From contig OZ024744.1 in NCBI GenBank assembly GCA_964016885.1, positions 98,022,001 through 98,086,000 on the forward strand: a stretch of 64,000 bases of DNA, written 5' to 3'. Each line of letters opens with the position of its first letter. The stretch's first letter is position 1. This document shows positions 40,713 to 54,507 of the stretch, one piece after another. This stretch comes from Eledone cirrhosa (taxonomy: Eukaryota). The position numbers and the translations under genes were made by a program. The notes under the pieces are model-generated. The model was not told the origin of the DNA, searched no databases, and was given only the letters and a program-made list of their open reading frames with translations.

Positions 40713-41544
40713 CAGTAATAATTCAGTCCAAACGTCATATAAAACGGGTCATTCATCTAACAGGCGTAGAAGATTCACTTCTAACATTAAAACCAGTGTT
40801 TGACATACGTACGTGTTGATTCAGCTCTCTGGCTCATCCACTTCATCCACCCACATCTCCTCCTTTCATCAGATGTATTGTTTTTACCCGCCCTTAACCC
40901 CTCGCATTAGATTAGGGGTGGGGTTAATATTTTTCTCTTTGTGTGTGTGTGTGTGTGTGTGTTTTCATTTTTCAATTTGTGCAACCAACAGCAGTTCTCG
41001 GCTTGCCCACGTCTTTTCTTACAAACACCAACCTTAAAAAGTTCAAACTAAACATCAAATACATTGACCTAGGGGCCTCGTTTGCCTTTAAAAAAAGTGA
41101 GGGGAACAAACCAACATTTGTTGGTTCTTAAAGGAGCCTGTTAGTATTGCTTATGGTCCCTTCCCCGGGCCCTATCACATAAGTAACATTTTACGCTAAT
41201 TAAATTTTATATATTCAAATGAAGTTCAGATATAAAAAAAAAAAAAAAAACTTAAAAAGCGTTTATTATATCAAATAAACAAAAAATAAAATATAGACGT
41301 TTGAAAAAGTGGGGGGGGGACTTGTCCCCTGGTACCCCCCCCCCCCCCTGAAACAAGGCCCTTGTATGCAACCAACAGCAATTCTCGGCTTGCCCACGTC
41401 TTTTCATACAAACACCAACCTTCAAAAGTTCAAACTAAACATCAAATACATTGACCACACAATTATTCATAGGAGAGGCTGTAAATATCATGGCCGCTGC
41501 TCCACCCCCTACATCTATATTATCATTATTATTACGGTCTGAGT

Positions 41545-42050
41545 TCTACCCTTTACGTTCTGAGTTCAAATCCCGCCGAGGTTAACTTTGCCAGTCACAC
41601 ACTGGGGTCGATTTAATCCACTTTCCCCCTCCCCCCAAAATTGCTGGCCTTGTGCTTATATAAGAAACCATTATAGTTTGGCAGTATCGGTAGAGCGTCA
41701 GATGCCATGCTTTGCAGCATAGAGTTACGGCTCTTTATGATCTGAGTTCAAATCCCGCCGAGGTTAACTTTGCTTTTCATCCTTACGGGATCGATAAAAT
41801 AATGCACCAGTAATACACTGGGGTAGATTTAATCGACTTTCCCCTCCCCCCCCCCCAAATTACTGGCCTTGTGCCTATACTAGAAATCATTATTGTCACT
41901 AGCAGGGCGGTGAATTGGCAGAGTTACGTCCCTTTACAGTCTGAGTTCAAATCTCGCCGAGGTTAACTTTGCCTTTCATCCTTACGAGGTCGATAAAATA
42001 AAGTACCAGTAATGTACTGGTTAATTGTGCCTAAAGTAGAAACAATTATT
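41545..42050 (+). mobile_element. Three tandem SINE copies
   Basis: B box, core and tail motifs. Confidence 0.88.
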
Positions 42051-42054
42051 GTTA

Positions 42055-42323
42055 CTAGCAGAAAAACCACCCTTCATTAGGAGAAAATTAGTATGTTTAT
42101 TTAAGCGATGGCCAACCGGAAGTGTTGACATTTCAGAAATTTTAAAGAAGTGAATCTTTAAATAAACAAAATATATTTAATCAACAGCCACGAAATTTAG
42201 TAGATAAATTATGTAATATTCATTCATTATTTATTCAAAGTAATGCAACTTATTTTACTAATGAGATAAAAAAAATTATAAACCGTACGCAGTCCCGCGC
42301 TCCTTACTTTATTATAGCTTAGA
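42055..42323 (-). mobile_element. Helitron family A, internally deleted
   Basis: Reverse-complement termini of 33674-34156. Confidence 0.8.
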
Positions 42324-43124
42324 TTTAATTCTTCTCATTCTCTCAATCCTACACATTGTCCAGTGTTAAGATCTGTTCTGTTGTTTCTTCAAGAAATTTA
42401 CTTCCTACATTAATGAAGAAGACATCCACTATAGCCTCTCATTAATGTTTAATAACATGAGAAAAGTTAGGCCAAGGTGTATGGCAATCTTTAACAAGAT
42501 AATATAGATGGCGTATAAGACAAGATATGTTGTTAAGCAGGAAGTGTGTGTTTTTAAACGGGATGTGTATAACGTTAAACAAGCTACCCTGTGTATATGA
42601 TGTCCATATCAATGGTTTGTTTTTATTAACTGTGACCTTATTCATAAATAATATAAGTCTTGTTCTGCAGACATAGCAGTATCTCTTTAAATGTCATACT
42701 ATCTGTTGCAATTCATAGGGCAGGTTAAAGACGGATTTATTACCTCGCGTGCTTTATAAACGTTAGGTTTATGTTGTTGTTGTTTTTTAAGCTATCTCCC
42801 CTTTAATTACATTGATATCGTATTTAATGTTATGAAGTAATATTCCTTCTAGTCTTTCCATTTTTCTCTTTATATTATATATATATATATATATATATAC
42901 ATACATATATATATATATATATAAAAAGAATTAGTATATTTACTAACATATATATACAGATGCATACCTATGCCAGCAAATATATAGGTTTTGCCTTAGT
43001 AACTTTGTGGTTTAATGCATGGGGATGCAGAACAATAATATGAAAGACGTAAAATAAGAAAATTATAAAAATTAACTTATTTACTAAAATTTCACTCCAA
43101 CTAATTAGTTTCTGTAAGGGAATA

Positions 43125-43175
43125 AACGTAGTTTCCGAAGAAACGTACGGAGAAGCCTTTCGTCATCAGGGAAGT
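43125..43175 (-). ncRNA. Hammerhead-like motif (stem I not clearly paired)
   Basis: CTGATGA-CGAA..TTCG-GAAAC-TAC-GTT inside a (TA)n-flanked unit at 42925-43360. Confidence 0.5.
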
Positions 43176-43362
43176 CTATTCTCAGCTAAGTTTCCAGGCA
43201 ATACGTGGACACAGGGAACTTATACAAAAATAATTCAGTGGATGGAAAAAAGCAAAGCGTGGACTAAGTTCCAAGCCATTGAAAAAATCACTGCCTACTG
43301 CGTCGGTGGCAAATTCAAAAGAATCAATCATGTGACATCGAGGTCAATCAGTGAAGAGTGGT

Positions 43363-44031
<669 letters not shown>

Positions 44032-44157
44032 AAAGTTATATTTAAATTGTTGGGTTACAACTAGTAAATATTTATAACTGATATAAAAGCACTCAACAAG
44101 TATTTGGAGTATATTTACGATATTAAATAAATGGAAACTATATTTATAAAACCATAT

Positions 44158-44226
44158 TTATTTCATTATATATATTTCAGGGATATCATATTAACAATAT
44201 GTTATGCCTTCCTCAGACAAAATACA
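44158..44226 (-). ncRNA. Type I hammerhead ribozyme (CTGAGGA core)
   Basis: TATTTTGT-CTGAGGA-AGG..CCT-GAAA-TATATA-TA|ATGAAATA. Confidence 0.8.
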
Positions 44227-44681
44227 ATATAGACAGTTTTATAGATAAATAGATTTGACATACCGTTCAACATCGACTTGTATTTGAAAAAGTTGATTTG
44301 GCAGTGAAAAATTGTAAACAGAAAGAAAGAAAGAGAGAAAGAAGGAAAGAAAGAAAGAAAACGAAGAAAAAGAAGAAAAAGAAGAAATGCATGCAACAAA
44401 ATAGAGAGATGGAAAGATAGATAAAGAGAAGAACTTCATGTAAAGAAACAGAGAGAGATATATATAGAGAGAGGAAATAGATAGAGATAGATATATATAG
44501 AGAAAAGTAGGTAGTTGAACATCCGTTGAATGAACGTATCAATGATACATTTATTTATTTATTTATTTATTTATTTAGCTCTAGTATTAATGTAAGGGAG
44601 ATATATGTGGTTAGGAAAGAAACCAGCCGTTATATAGAGAGAAAAATGAAAAGTAACCAGACATAGGCGACTAGCAATGAA

Positions 44682-46031
44682 ATGCACATTATATTATCGG
44701 CTAGGAAAACATTGATAGAATTTAATGACCAACTATGGACCAGAGCAGATAGAGATAGCAATTTTGACATTACTATGGGATCATCCGACTCAGCTCAGGT
44801 AACTGACCTTGTGGGCTTATTTTTAATCAATTCGCTACATAGGAAAATACCTGGTACTACCGGAGGTTTATATAGAGATGACATGCTTTTACTTATTGAT
44901 AATAATAACTCTGAACTAAATAGAAAAAGAAAACAAATTACACAATTTTTTAATTACTTTAATCTAAAAATAGAAATTGAGAACAACCATAGAATAGTCA
45001 ATTTCCTAGATATAACATTAAATCTCAACACATGTCTTCACTATCCTTTTCACAAGTTGAATGAAAACTTAAACTATGTCAGCTTTAACTCTAACCACCC
45101 CAGATCTGTCAAAAACACTATAGTAAACTCTGTTCAAAAACGTATCTCTAGAATCTCGTCTAATAGAAAGATTTTCGACGAAAAAGCCCAGTACTACAAT
45201 GAAGCGTTAGCTAGAGCAGGATATAGTGATAAGATTATGTACATAGATAATGATAGACAAACTAAACAAAATAACAACTATTTTAATTACGGCCACAACC
45301 TTAACAACTATAATAGAAAGCATTACAATAATTCCAAAAGCCAAAAAAGAAATAGAACTAGGAACATAATATGGTTTGCCCCCCCTTTCTCACTAAACAT
45401 TAAAACCCACATCGCTAAACTATTTTTTAAAGCTCTTGATAATCGCTTCCATAGAACACATAGGTATCACTCAATTTTCAATAGACATACTATAAAATTA
45501 ACCTACTCATCCACCAAAAATTTAGCACAAAATATTAATAGAATAAATAATAGGAACTTAAAACCTAGCGATAATAGCATAAATAATATACAAGTTAACA
45601 AATGTAACTGTAGAGATAGATCTAAATGTCCGTTAAATAACAACTGCTTAGTTAAAAATATAATATACAACTGTAATGTTAAAACGGACTCTAATTCTTT
45701 TAACTACGTCGGTTCCACATCGACGGAATTTAAACTTCGCTATAATAACCACAAGAATTCTTTCACAGATCCAAGCAAAAAATCTTCAACAGCACTATCA
45801 GGCGTACTCTGGCAACTTAGGCAAGATAACGTTAGATATTCGACGGCTTGGAATATAGTCTCAAGAGGGATTCCTTTTAATTCATCCTCTGAGACATGTG
45901 ACCTCTGCGCGGAGGAGATATTCTTTATACTAAAATCTAAAAATTCCCTTAATCTACGGACAAATTTATTCAGTTGCTGCAAACATAGATTGAACTCAAC
46001 TTTTAAATATAAATTTAAATTTAAAATGTAG
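44682..46031 (+). CDS. PLE RT (C-terminal half) plus GIY-YIG endonuclease
   Basis: FDITMG, GGLYRDDML, NFLDITLNL, CNCRDRSKCPL, NIIY..YVGST..KLRYNNH, CDLCAEE. Confidence 0.9.
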   Translation: MHIILSARKTLIEFNDQLWTRADRDSNFDITMGSSDSAQVTDLVGLFLINSLHRKIPGTTGGLYRDDMLLLIDNNNSELNRKRKQITQFFNYFNLKIEIENNHRIVNFLDITLNLNTCLHYPFHKLNENLNYVSFNSNHPRSVKNTIVNSVQKRISRISSNRKIFDEKAQYYNEALARAGYSDKIMYIDNDRQTKQNNNYFNYGHNLNNYNRKHYNNSKSQKRNRTRNIIWFAPPFSLNIKTHIAKLFFKALDNRFHRTHRYHSIFNRHTIKLTYSSTKNLAQNINRINNRNLKPSDNSINNIQVNKCNCRDRSKCPLNNNCLVKNIIYNCNVKTDSNSFNYVGSTSTEFKLRYNNHKNSFTDPSKKSSTALSGVLWQLRQDNVRYSTAWNIVSRGIPFNSSSETCDLCAEEIFFILKSKNSLNLRTNLFSCCKHRLNSTFKYKFKFKM

Positions 46032-46769
46032 TATATTTAGTTTGATTTATAATTATTCGGGAAGCTAGCCGATAAATCTTTCGATTTCTTCTTTTTATTC
46101 TTCTTTTTATTTTTATTTTTATTTAAACATTCTTCATGAAAAATTAAACTACCCTAAAAGTTGATGCTCCAAATATATCGAATAAACGTTACACTAGATA
46201 AACTTCTATATTAAATATAAGAACATATGTAGACCAAATGGGCATCCTAAACTTTTTGAAATGATTTCTGCTAGACGCGATTTGGTAAATAATTTTTAGC
46301 TTTATCTGTTTTCGACTCTGATGCTTATAATGAACTTGGCAATATATTGTCAATTAATTTTGAAGGGTTGATCTTTGTGGTCGATTTGCGTGGCATATTA
46401 TGTTTCTATTATGTTTTTATTTTTATTATTTTAATTATTTTAATATTTTTTAATATTTTTAATATTTTTATTTTTAATATGTAATATTTTTTAGTTTTCT
46501 ATTTTATTTATTTGTTTATTATTATTATTATTATTATTTTTTGTTTTTGTTTCTGATATTTTTTATTAATATATTGAAATCTGTTCTCTATTTCTGCTTG
46601 ATAGATAATCATGTAGAGTAAAGACAAGAATAGTATTGTTAAAATTAATATAGACTCTATATATGTGTGTATATATACACATATATGTATACTTAAATAC
46701 GCCGATGACGATAATGACAACGACGAACTTGGTAAACCGGAAGCAATAGTAGAATACACTTGCCCGATG

Positions 46770-47100
46770 TGCCCTATTGTGGGATTGAACTTGAAACAAT
46801 GTGATTGTCTGAAAGTTGTGCCAGTTCTAAACGTTCTAAGATCCAGGAATGGTGAACCATATCTTAATCTTTATTATAATCGATCCAAGACATTTTCATA
46901 TATAGATCCAAGACATTCTCAAATTCTTGTGACCATTCTTCTTCACCATTCTATCAATGATGATCTGATCCTTTGTTCCACAGCTTTTCTTCCGGTACCA
47001 TTTCTTTTCCACGCGGAGTTTCTTGTTGACTTCAAAGAATTCATATAAATGTTCAGATATGATTCCCATCATTAGCTTCCACATAAAGGTTAAGCCTGAG
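46770..47100 (-). mobile_element. R4/Dong-like LINE RT fragment
   Basis: GTKDQIIID..NLRMSWI..HSWILE motifs (RT domains 2-3). Confidence 0.7.
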
Positions 47101-47101
47101 A

Positions 47102-49180
47102 TCATTTTGGTGAGAGTTGAGCTGGAGCAAGGGACGACGGTGAGGCGGTAGCAGATGACGGATGCGATGTACGCATTCGCCACCTCCGCCCGGCTTTCAG
47201 GGACAGCTTCCTCTCAGCCCATTTCTGGGTGAGGGAGGCCACGCTACTCGTCACCCCGTTCCAGTTTTTCTCCATCTGGAGGTCTGATCCGAACCAGACC
47301 CCGAGCAATTTAACCGGTCCGTCCGTCCAACGCCCCACGACGCTGTCGGACGGCATGGACTTGCCTCTCCAGGTGCCGAGCTGCAAGCCCACCGACTTTT
47401 CCTGGTTTATCTTTGCTCCTGTCACCGCTTCGTATTCCTTGAGAGCGGTGCCGAGCATCTGGACGTGTCTGGTACTCGACACCACCACGGTGACGTCGTC
47501 AGTGTCAGCCGACTCGGATTTCCCGCATCCTAGTTCGCGTGGGACGCCCCTCGTCGCCCCCAGTTTGTGCAGTAACGGCTCGAGAGCCAATACGTACAAG
47601 AGGGACGAGAGGGGACAACCCTGGCGGATTGAGCGCATGATGCTGAACGGCTGCGACAGGTGACCATTCACCCTCACAACTGAGCAGATGTCGCTGTACA
47701 TTGCTGCGATCCAACCCCTGAAAACGGGCTCGAAACCGGCTGCCCCGAGGACCGCCACCAGGTACCGATGGTCGACCCTATCGAATGCTTTGGATTGATC
47801 CAAGTTGATCAGGGCCCCACCCTTGCCAGGTTCCTTAACCACCCTCTCTATGATGTATCGCATGAGGTGGAGGTTGTCGTGTATGGATCTGTCCGGAATG
47901 GCGCATGTCTGCGCCTCTCCCACCAGACCCTTGACGACAAGCGCCAACCTCGTTGCTAACAACTTGGCCAAAATCTTGAACTCTGCGTTTAGCAGGGTTA
48001 TGGGCCTGAAATTATCGATAACATCCCCTTGTTCTGGGCTTTTCTCAGCAGCGCCACCGCTCCCCGGCTCACAAAACTCGGTATGCTCCCGTTCTGCTGC
48101 CAGTTGCAGTAGACGTCTGCCAAGAGGTCACCGAACAAGTCTGGCATAAATGCATAAAGCTCGTAGGGCAGACCATCTAAACCTGGCGATTTACCCCTTG
48201 TGCAGTTAGCCATCGTCTCCCGTATTTCACCGGCTGTTATTGGCTTTTCGCAACACTGTGCTGCGGTCGTCGAGAGCCGAGGCAGTCCGTCGAGGTATGC
48301 ACTGAAGTCCATGCCCCGATCCGGGCCGCCGCCGCTCCCGAACAGTTCAGAAAATTGCTGCTGAAAAGCTTCACACATCCACTCGGGTTCGAGCATCAAG
48401 CACCCGTTTTGGTCAGACAAAGACCGAATTGTGGCTTTGTTTCCACGTCGCGCCTCTGCCACCCGGGCCCATTGGACGGCTTTTGTCCCCTCGTGTTTCA
48501 GAGCACGTGCTCTAGCTCTGACAACGCAGCCTTCGTGTTTTGCGTTGAAGAATTGGTCGAGTACCAATCTCGCCGCAAGCACGTCGGTTGCGATGCCTGT
48601 CCTAAACGCCTCTTCTAGCTTTCTGACTAGCTCTCCCTCTATTCTATTTTCCTCTATCACTAGTCCTTTGCTAAACCTAATCGACTCTACTTTAATTGCC
48701 CTTTTCAGGGCGAACCACCACCTGTTGTTGACGACCGTTCCCGTCAACGCCCGCTTAACTAATACGCTAATCCGGTCTCTGTAGGCTTTGCGCGCCGGGA
48801 AAGACGCGTTCAGCTTCCAGTAACCAGGCCCTTGTCTATGAAGTCTGTCTATGTCGATCTCACAGATCACAAATTTGTGGTCTGTGTAGTCGACTATTTT
48901 AAATTGTGGACAACTTATACTATCCTTATCTAGTGCTCTGCAGAATACCCTATCGAGATACGATCTGGATGACCCGATGCGGTTTGTCCATGTCCACATT
49001 GGCACATTCGGGTGATCCAGTCGATACCTGTCAAACAGTTCAAAACGTCTGAGCAGGTTGGTGAGGCTCTTGCACCCTCCTCCCCTATCCACTAGCCCCA
49101 CACGGTCCCAGCGTGCATCCAAGATACCGTTCCAGTCGCCCACTAACACTAAAGAGCGGGACGTTCCAAGAAAGGTCTCT
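47102..49180 (-). mobile_element. Tx1/L1-clade LINE ORF2 fragment (APE C-half plus RT), frameshifted
   Basis: LVGDWN, SYLDRVF, YTDH, GYWKLN, KSPGLDGLP, LDQSKAFDRVDH, IRQGCPLS, degenerate YADD (DTDD). Confidence 0.95.
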
Positions 49181-49382
49181 AAAGAAGAAGAAGAAGAAGA
49201 AGAAGAAGAAGAAGAAGAAGAAGAAGAAGAAGAAGAAGAAGAAGAAGAAGAAGAAGGAGGAGAAGAAGAAGAAGAAGAAGAAGAAGAAGAAGAAGAAGAA
49301 GAAGAAGAAGAAGAAGAAGAAGAAGAAGAAGAAGAAGAAGAAGAAGAAGAAGAAGAAGAAGAAGAAGAAGAAGAAGAAGAAG
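49181..49382. repeat. (GAA)n microsatellite
   Basis: Seen directly. Confidence 0.97.
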
Positions 49383-49839
49383 CGCATGTTACAAAATAGA
49401 TGAATGCGTCATCAAATCTATATATAAATTTGAGCGACTTCTGTCCGTTACACAATGTATGTGTGTATTTGTGTGAATGTATGTGTGTGTAAAAGGAAGG
49501 AAGGGGCTGGTGAAAAAAACTATAGTAAAACAGCGGTTGGCGTTCCATTTGCTGCGTTGTGTGAGTGTATGTGTATGTGTGTGTTTGTGTGAATGTATGT
49601 GTGTGTGTGTTTGTGTGAATGTATGTGTATATTTGTGTGAATGTATGTGTGTGTGAATGTATGTGTGTATTTGTGTGAATGTATGTATGTGTATATGTGT
49701 GAAGGTATGTATATGTATTTGTGTGAATGTATGTCTGAGTATGCATTTTTGTAAGTGTACCTGTGTTTGCGCATTTCTATTTCTATACTCATACATATAA
49801 ATGTATGCATATGCACATACACCCACGCACACACAGACA

Positions 49840-49893
<54 letters not shown>

Positions 49894-49961
49894 AATAAAA
49901 TACAAAGTTACTAACTGATATTGATACCCTGTAATTAACAAGCTCAAAGTATAAATACTGA

Positions 49962-50142
49962 GATTGGCAATATCGGTAGAGGGTCAGACGCCATGCCTTC
50001 CAGCATAGTTACGTCCCTTTACGATCTGAGTTCAAATCCCGCCGAGGTTGACTTTGCCTTTCATCCTTACGGAGTCGATAAAATAAAGTACCAGTAATGC
50101 ACTGGGTAATTGCTGGCCTTGTGCCTAAAGTAGAAACAATTA
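49962..50142 (+). mobile_element. tRNA-derived SINE
   Basis: A/B boxes, core and tail. Confidence 0.92.
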
Positions 50143-50354
50143 TATAATAATATATGTAGAAATAAACACAGTAAATTGTGTGTCTAAAATTACGAGGGTA
50201 GAGAATGCCACATTGGTTTGATAAATTTAACCTGAAGCAAACGTAAGATATAGAATATATATACAGACAGTCTCAATAACTATTTCATCTCTCGGATAGA
50301 TTAGAGATTTAATCAGTTTCGCCCTGAAAATTGTGTTTGATATATATATATAAC

Positions 50355-50436
<82 letters not shown>

Positions 50437-50471
50437 TGTGGAGAGGAGGCACACGAGTTAGGATATATATA

Positions 50472-51812
50472 CATATATGAAAACAGGGAGAAAGAGACGA
50501 TTATGAGGAAGAAAAATATATTTTTAATACCGCAACAAAAAACTCTACCATACATCTCCACACACAAACCCCTCAACAATGAGGCATTCGACACCATCCT
50601 CCAGAACATTCCTTTACTAAAAAGAGACCCAAGAATGAACAAAATCCTCCAAACACACAACATCATAAAGAGCAAAAGACAACCCAAATCCATAAAAAAC
50701 ATCCTCACACAAGCCAAAATCCAACAAACCTTCACAATAAACCCTACAGTAACAAAATGCGGCAGGCCCAACTGTGGCATATGCATAAATCTAATAGAAG
50801 GTTCAACATTCCATTTTAAACAAGGACAACGTTTCACAGTTAAACACAACTTTACATGTGCATCTGAAAACCTTATCTATGTTTTGACCTGCTCAGGTTG
50901 TCAAGAGCACTACATAGGACAGACAAAAAACAGCCTCCGTCAACGTATGACCGTCCATAAATCACAAATTAAAATACAGGAATACAGAAAGATTGCATAT
51001 CGCCAATTGTGCTCTCAACCAACATCCAAACTTTAAAATTTTCCCCATTTACAAATTCATAGACAACGCTACTTTCATCCAACGTACCAATAAGGAAACA
51101 CATTTCATTAATAAATTTCAACCACTACTCAATGCCCTAAAAATCGGACCAATCTAAAACTGCAACAAACCATCAAACATTTACAAGAGTTACCTCCCTC
51201 ACACTCTACCTAATCCTTTTTCTTAAATAAATTAAATATTACCCAGCAAGAATTGCTTCTCCCTGCATATTAACTCTCTAAAAAAAGAATTCATATCAAA
51301 CCACAGTCCACCATTTGCCTCCTTCACGGAACCATGGTTCAACTAAGCACTCTTGCGATATTAACACATTTTGAACTGCTTAACTTCAATGACTGTGCTT
51401 GTAAATAACATTATTATTTTTTCTTCCACATTGACTTTTTACATTCCACATTATGCACGTTTTTTTTTCCTTTTTCGTTTTTCTTTTCACTTCTTAAACC
51501 TTGTTTGTATATAACATTATTCTTTCTGCACCTTCTGTTTAACACGTGCGACACCACACTAATACATTTCACTATCATTTGATAATGCATATAAATGCAG
51601 AAACCGGTAATAGACAATAATTAAATATATAAATAGATAAATAGATGCCATTGTTAAATAATAAATAAATCAACTAATACCTTAACACTTCACACAAAGT
51701 AAAACATTTCGTTTTAATCATTTTCTAACCCAGAAAAAAGAGAGAGACAAAAAAAAAGGAAAAAAATATTTTTTTCTTCCTCATAATCGTCTCTTTCTCC
51801 CTGTTTTCATAT
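50472..51812 (+). mobile_element. Penelope-like element, Neptune-type, 5'-truncated, with ~55-bp inverted terminal copy
   Basis: KCGRPNCGIC zinc linker, NLIYVLTCSGCQEHYIGQT GIY-YIG; 50472-50525 mirrors 51765-51812; flanked by (TA)n. Confidence 0.88.
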
Positions 51813-52223
51813 ATATATATATATATATACATACGCGTCAGCGTGCCGAAAGACATTCTAGTAACTCATAATATCAGAATTCCTGTACCACACTTAACCA
51901 CAAACTCACAATATTCGTAAATGTATATTATAAGAATATCAGAATTAGAAAATTCTCATGAACACGAAACCGCTATAGGATCTACTTAACATATGTACTG
52001 TATACAGTGTATCCCCGGAAATCGCGGTCCGGGTTATCCGTAGAATTTTCCTTAGAACCTAACTAATAATTGTTCGTGGAAACCACCGCATATTCGCGGA
52101 ATCGTAAATATCTTCCGCGATTTTATATGGCTTTTTTCCTATCAAACTAAATACATGTAAACGGAATTTGATCATTTTTCTTAAAGTATATATATATTTA
52201 TATATATATATATATATATATAT

Positions 52224-52600
52224 AAATATATTGTTATATTTTGGGAGGGTCATGTTGCCAATGTTGCCAACATACGCACCTGTGATTTTCTCTTCAATTT
52301 ATTATAAATTTCCGGTTGCTTGGTTGAGTCGATAACCGGAAGATTGTTTGTATATTGTCAAAGCTCTTTCGTCACACATTTTGTAATCTCCTCAGTGACT
52401 AGGTTTTTATTTTGTGCGACTCCTTAATTCTGCCCTACATCATCTTGTTTTTGTGTGTTGTGTGTGGTGTGCTTAGTTTTCGCATGCGTTACATCCGGCT
52501 GCGTGTGTTTTTATTTGACAACATGACCCTCCCAAAGTATAACAATATCTGTTTCAACACACGTTTTCAGATAAGAAATCTCGCAAAACAAATTCAAGAA
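52224..52600 (-). mobile_element. (TA)n-flanked unit with short terminal inverted repeat; hammerhead at 52356-52400
   Basis: GTCA-CTGAGGA-..-GAAAGAGCTT|TGAC; 52228-52258 mirrors 52516-52548. Confidence 0.6.
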
Positions 52601-52724
52601 CACATATATATATATACATACATATATCTATATATACATATATATTTACATATATATAATACATATATGATAAATATAAAATATTAAATACGTCGAAGGC
52701 TATATTGTATCTAGGTTTATTTTC

Positions 52725-52812
52725 ATGTACATGATATACATTTCGCTGGGGTCGACAGCTAGGTAGTGCTCTTCCTACCTACTCCGTCGGCCCGAGCTCA
52801 TCAGATGGTATA
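52725..52812 (-). ncRNA. Type I hammerhead ribozyme with long GC-rich stem II
   Basis: CCAT-CTGATGA-GCTCGGGCCGACGG..CTGTCGACCCCAGC-GAAA-TGTATA-TC|ATG; adjacent inverted repeat 52812-52958. Confidence 0.75.
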
Positions 52813-52961
52813 AAAATATTTAAACAAACAATTTTAAACAACTTTAACATTTTTTTATGATGCGAGAGCCTGCAAGCCTAGAACCAATAACGCATCTTGC
52901 CGTTCTCTTGTATCATAAATGTTAAAGTTGTTTGAAATTGTTTGTTCAAATATTTTGGCGA

Positions 52962-54050
52962 CCCCCCAATGTGATTCTGTTTTTGTTCTAATTGTGCCGC
53001 AATAGCTGTGTTTGAAGCATCAACACTTAGACTAGATGGTAAGTATGGAAAAGGATGATGCAGAAGTGTAGCTCTGTTCAGTAAATCCTTGATTCTATCA
53101 AACGTCTCTTGACAATCTGATAACCATTCTATTTTCCGTCCCTTACCATGAGCTTTTTCATTTAATGAAGCAAGTATTTCTGCAATGCCGGGCAGAAATG
53201 TATGATAATAATTGATCATTCCCAAGAAACGTTGTAGTGCAGTGCGAATATCTGGTGTGGGATATTCACGAAGTGAAGTAACACGTGAAGGAAGAAATCG
53301 AATGCTTCAATCTGTGATGAGATAGCCTAAGAATTCGAGCTGTTTTACACCGAAAACACATTTCTTTTTGTTGATTATCATACCATTTGTTGAAAAGTTC
53401 TTTGAGATGATCAAAATGTTCACTGTCTGAAGGAGATACTACTTAAATATCATCAATATATACAAACGGGGAAGGAATATCCCGAAGAATACTATCCATG
53501 ATTCTTTGGAAAGTTTGGGCAGCATTTTTCAAACTAAAAGGCATCCTTTAAAATTCCCTCAATCCAAATGGAGTAATGACTGCTGTTTTAAGGATTGATT
53601 CCGTTGCCATTAGTATTTGGTTGGATCCTCTTAGAGAATCAATTTTTGAGAAAATAGTACATCCAGCCAGGTGACTATTGAAGACTTGAATGTGTGGTAG
53701 AGAGTAACGATCATCAGTTGAGTTGGCATTGAGGAAACCAAAATCTCTTCGAGACCTCCAATTGCCACTTGATTTAGGGACTATGTGAAGTGGTGAAGAC
53801 CAAGCTAAATTTGAATGTTTTACTATTGCCATTCCATCCATGCGAAGGAATTCCTCTTTTGCAGTAGCAAGCTTATCTGAACCAAGGCGACGAGCTTTAG
53901 CAAATACTGGTGAGCAGTATGTCTCAATAGTGTGTTGTACATTGTACGAAACAGTGAAATCAAATGTAGGTGTTAACAATTGCGGAAATTGATGAAGAAA
54001 ATTTGAATATAAAGTAGTTGACGCTAAAGAAAGATTTGACAGGTTGAGTT
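52962..54050 (-). mobile_element. Ty3/Gypsy pol fragment (RT plus RNase H N-terminus), degraded
   Basis: WSSPLHIVPK, DRYSLPHI, FSKID, KTAVITPFGL, YIDDI, GMINYY, VDASNTAIAAQL. Confidence 0.92.
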
Positions 54051-54093
54051 GAGAGTTTGAAATTTGAAACTTGAATCTTGAAATGAAATATTT

Positions 54094-54507
54094 GCTCTAA
54101 TATCGTTACGTGGTCAGTTGGTAACATTGGACAACTTCTTCATCACTGGTGGTTGGACAGTTTGTGGTCAGTTTAATGGATGGATGTTTCAGTTGCGTCC
54201 CTGGTGGATGGAGCTATATGTTGGGGCTTGCAGGTGTTCCTGCAGTGATTCAAATTATTGGATTTGCTTTCCTGTCCAGAAAGTCCAAAATGGTTGACCT
54301 CAAAAGGAAAACTTGAAGAAGCTTCCAAGGTTTTGGTCAACATTTGAGCAGATAAAGTCATTGATGAGGAATTTTCAGCTATCAAAGAAAACATCAGACA
54401 AGAGCCATTGCATGATAGTCTCCTCTGTAATTTGGAGAGAATCTCTCAGAGCCGAACAGTATGTGGTGCCTTAGAAGTTGGCTGAGGTAATGTATTACAA
54501 TGTTTCG
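54094..54507 (+). pseudogene. SLC2A13: Intronless fragment of proton/myo-inositol cotransporter (HMIT, sugar-porter MFS)
   Basis: With frameshifts: LRGQLVTLDNFFITG/GQFVVSLMDGCFSCVPGGWSYMLGLAGVPAVIQIIGFAFL/PESPKWLTSKGKLEEASKVLVNI*ADKVIDEEFSAIKENI...ALEVG..LQ; PESPxW sugar-porter motif; close to the HMIT sequence as I recall it. Confidence 0.8.

Larger units (their letters stand above)
44030..46650 (+). mobile_element. Penelope-like element, Naiad-type, preceded by an inverted PLE 3' UTR
   Basis: 44030-44660 is a minus-strand PLE tail with a hammerhead; ORF 44682-46031 is on the plus strand. Confidence 0.88.

Noticed and set aside
49181-49746. Poly-Ser/His-Thr N-terminus of the 582-aa ORF
   Set aside because: Translation of (GAA)n and (CA)n microsatellites fused to a truncated Tx1 ORF2.
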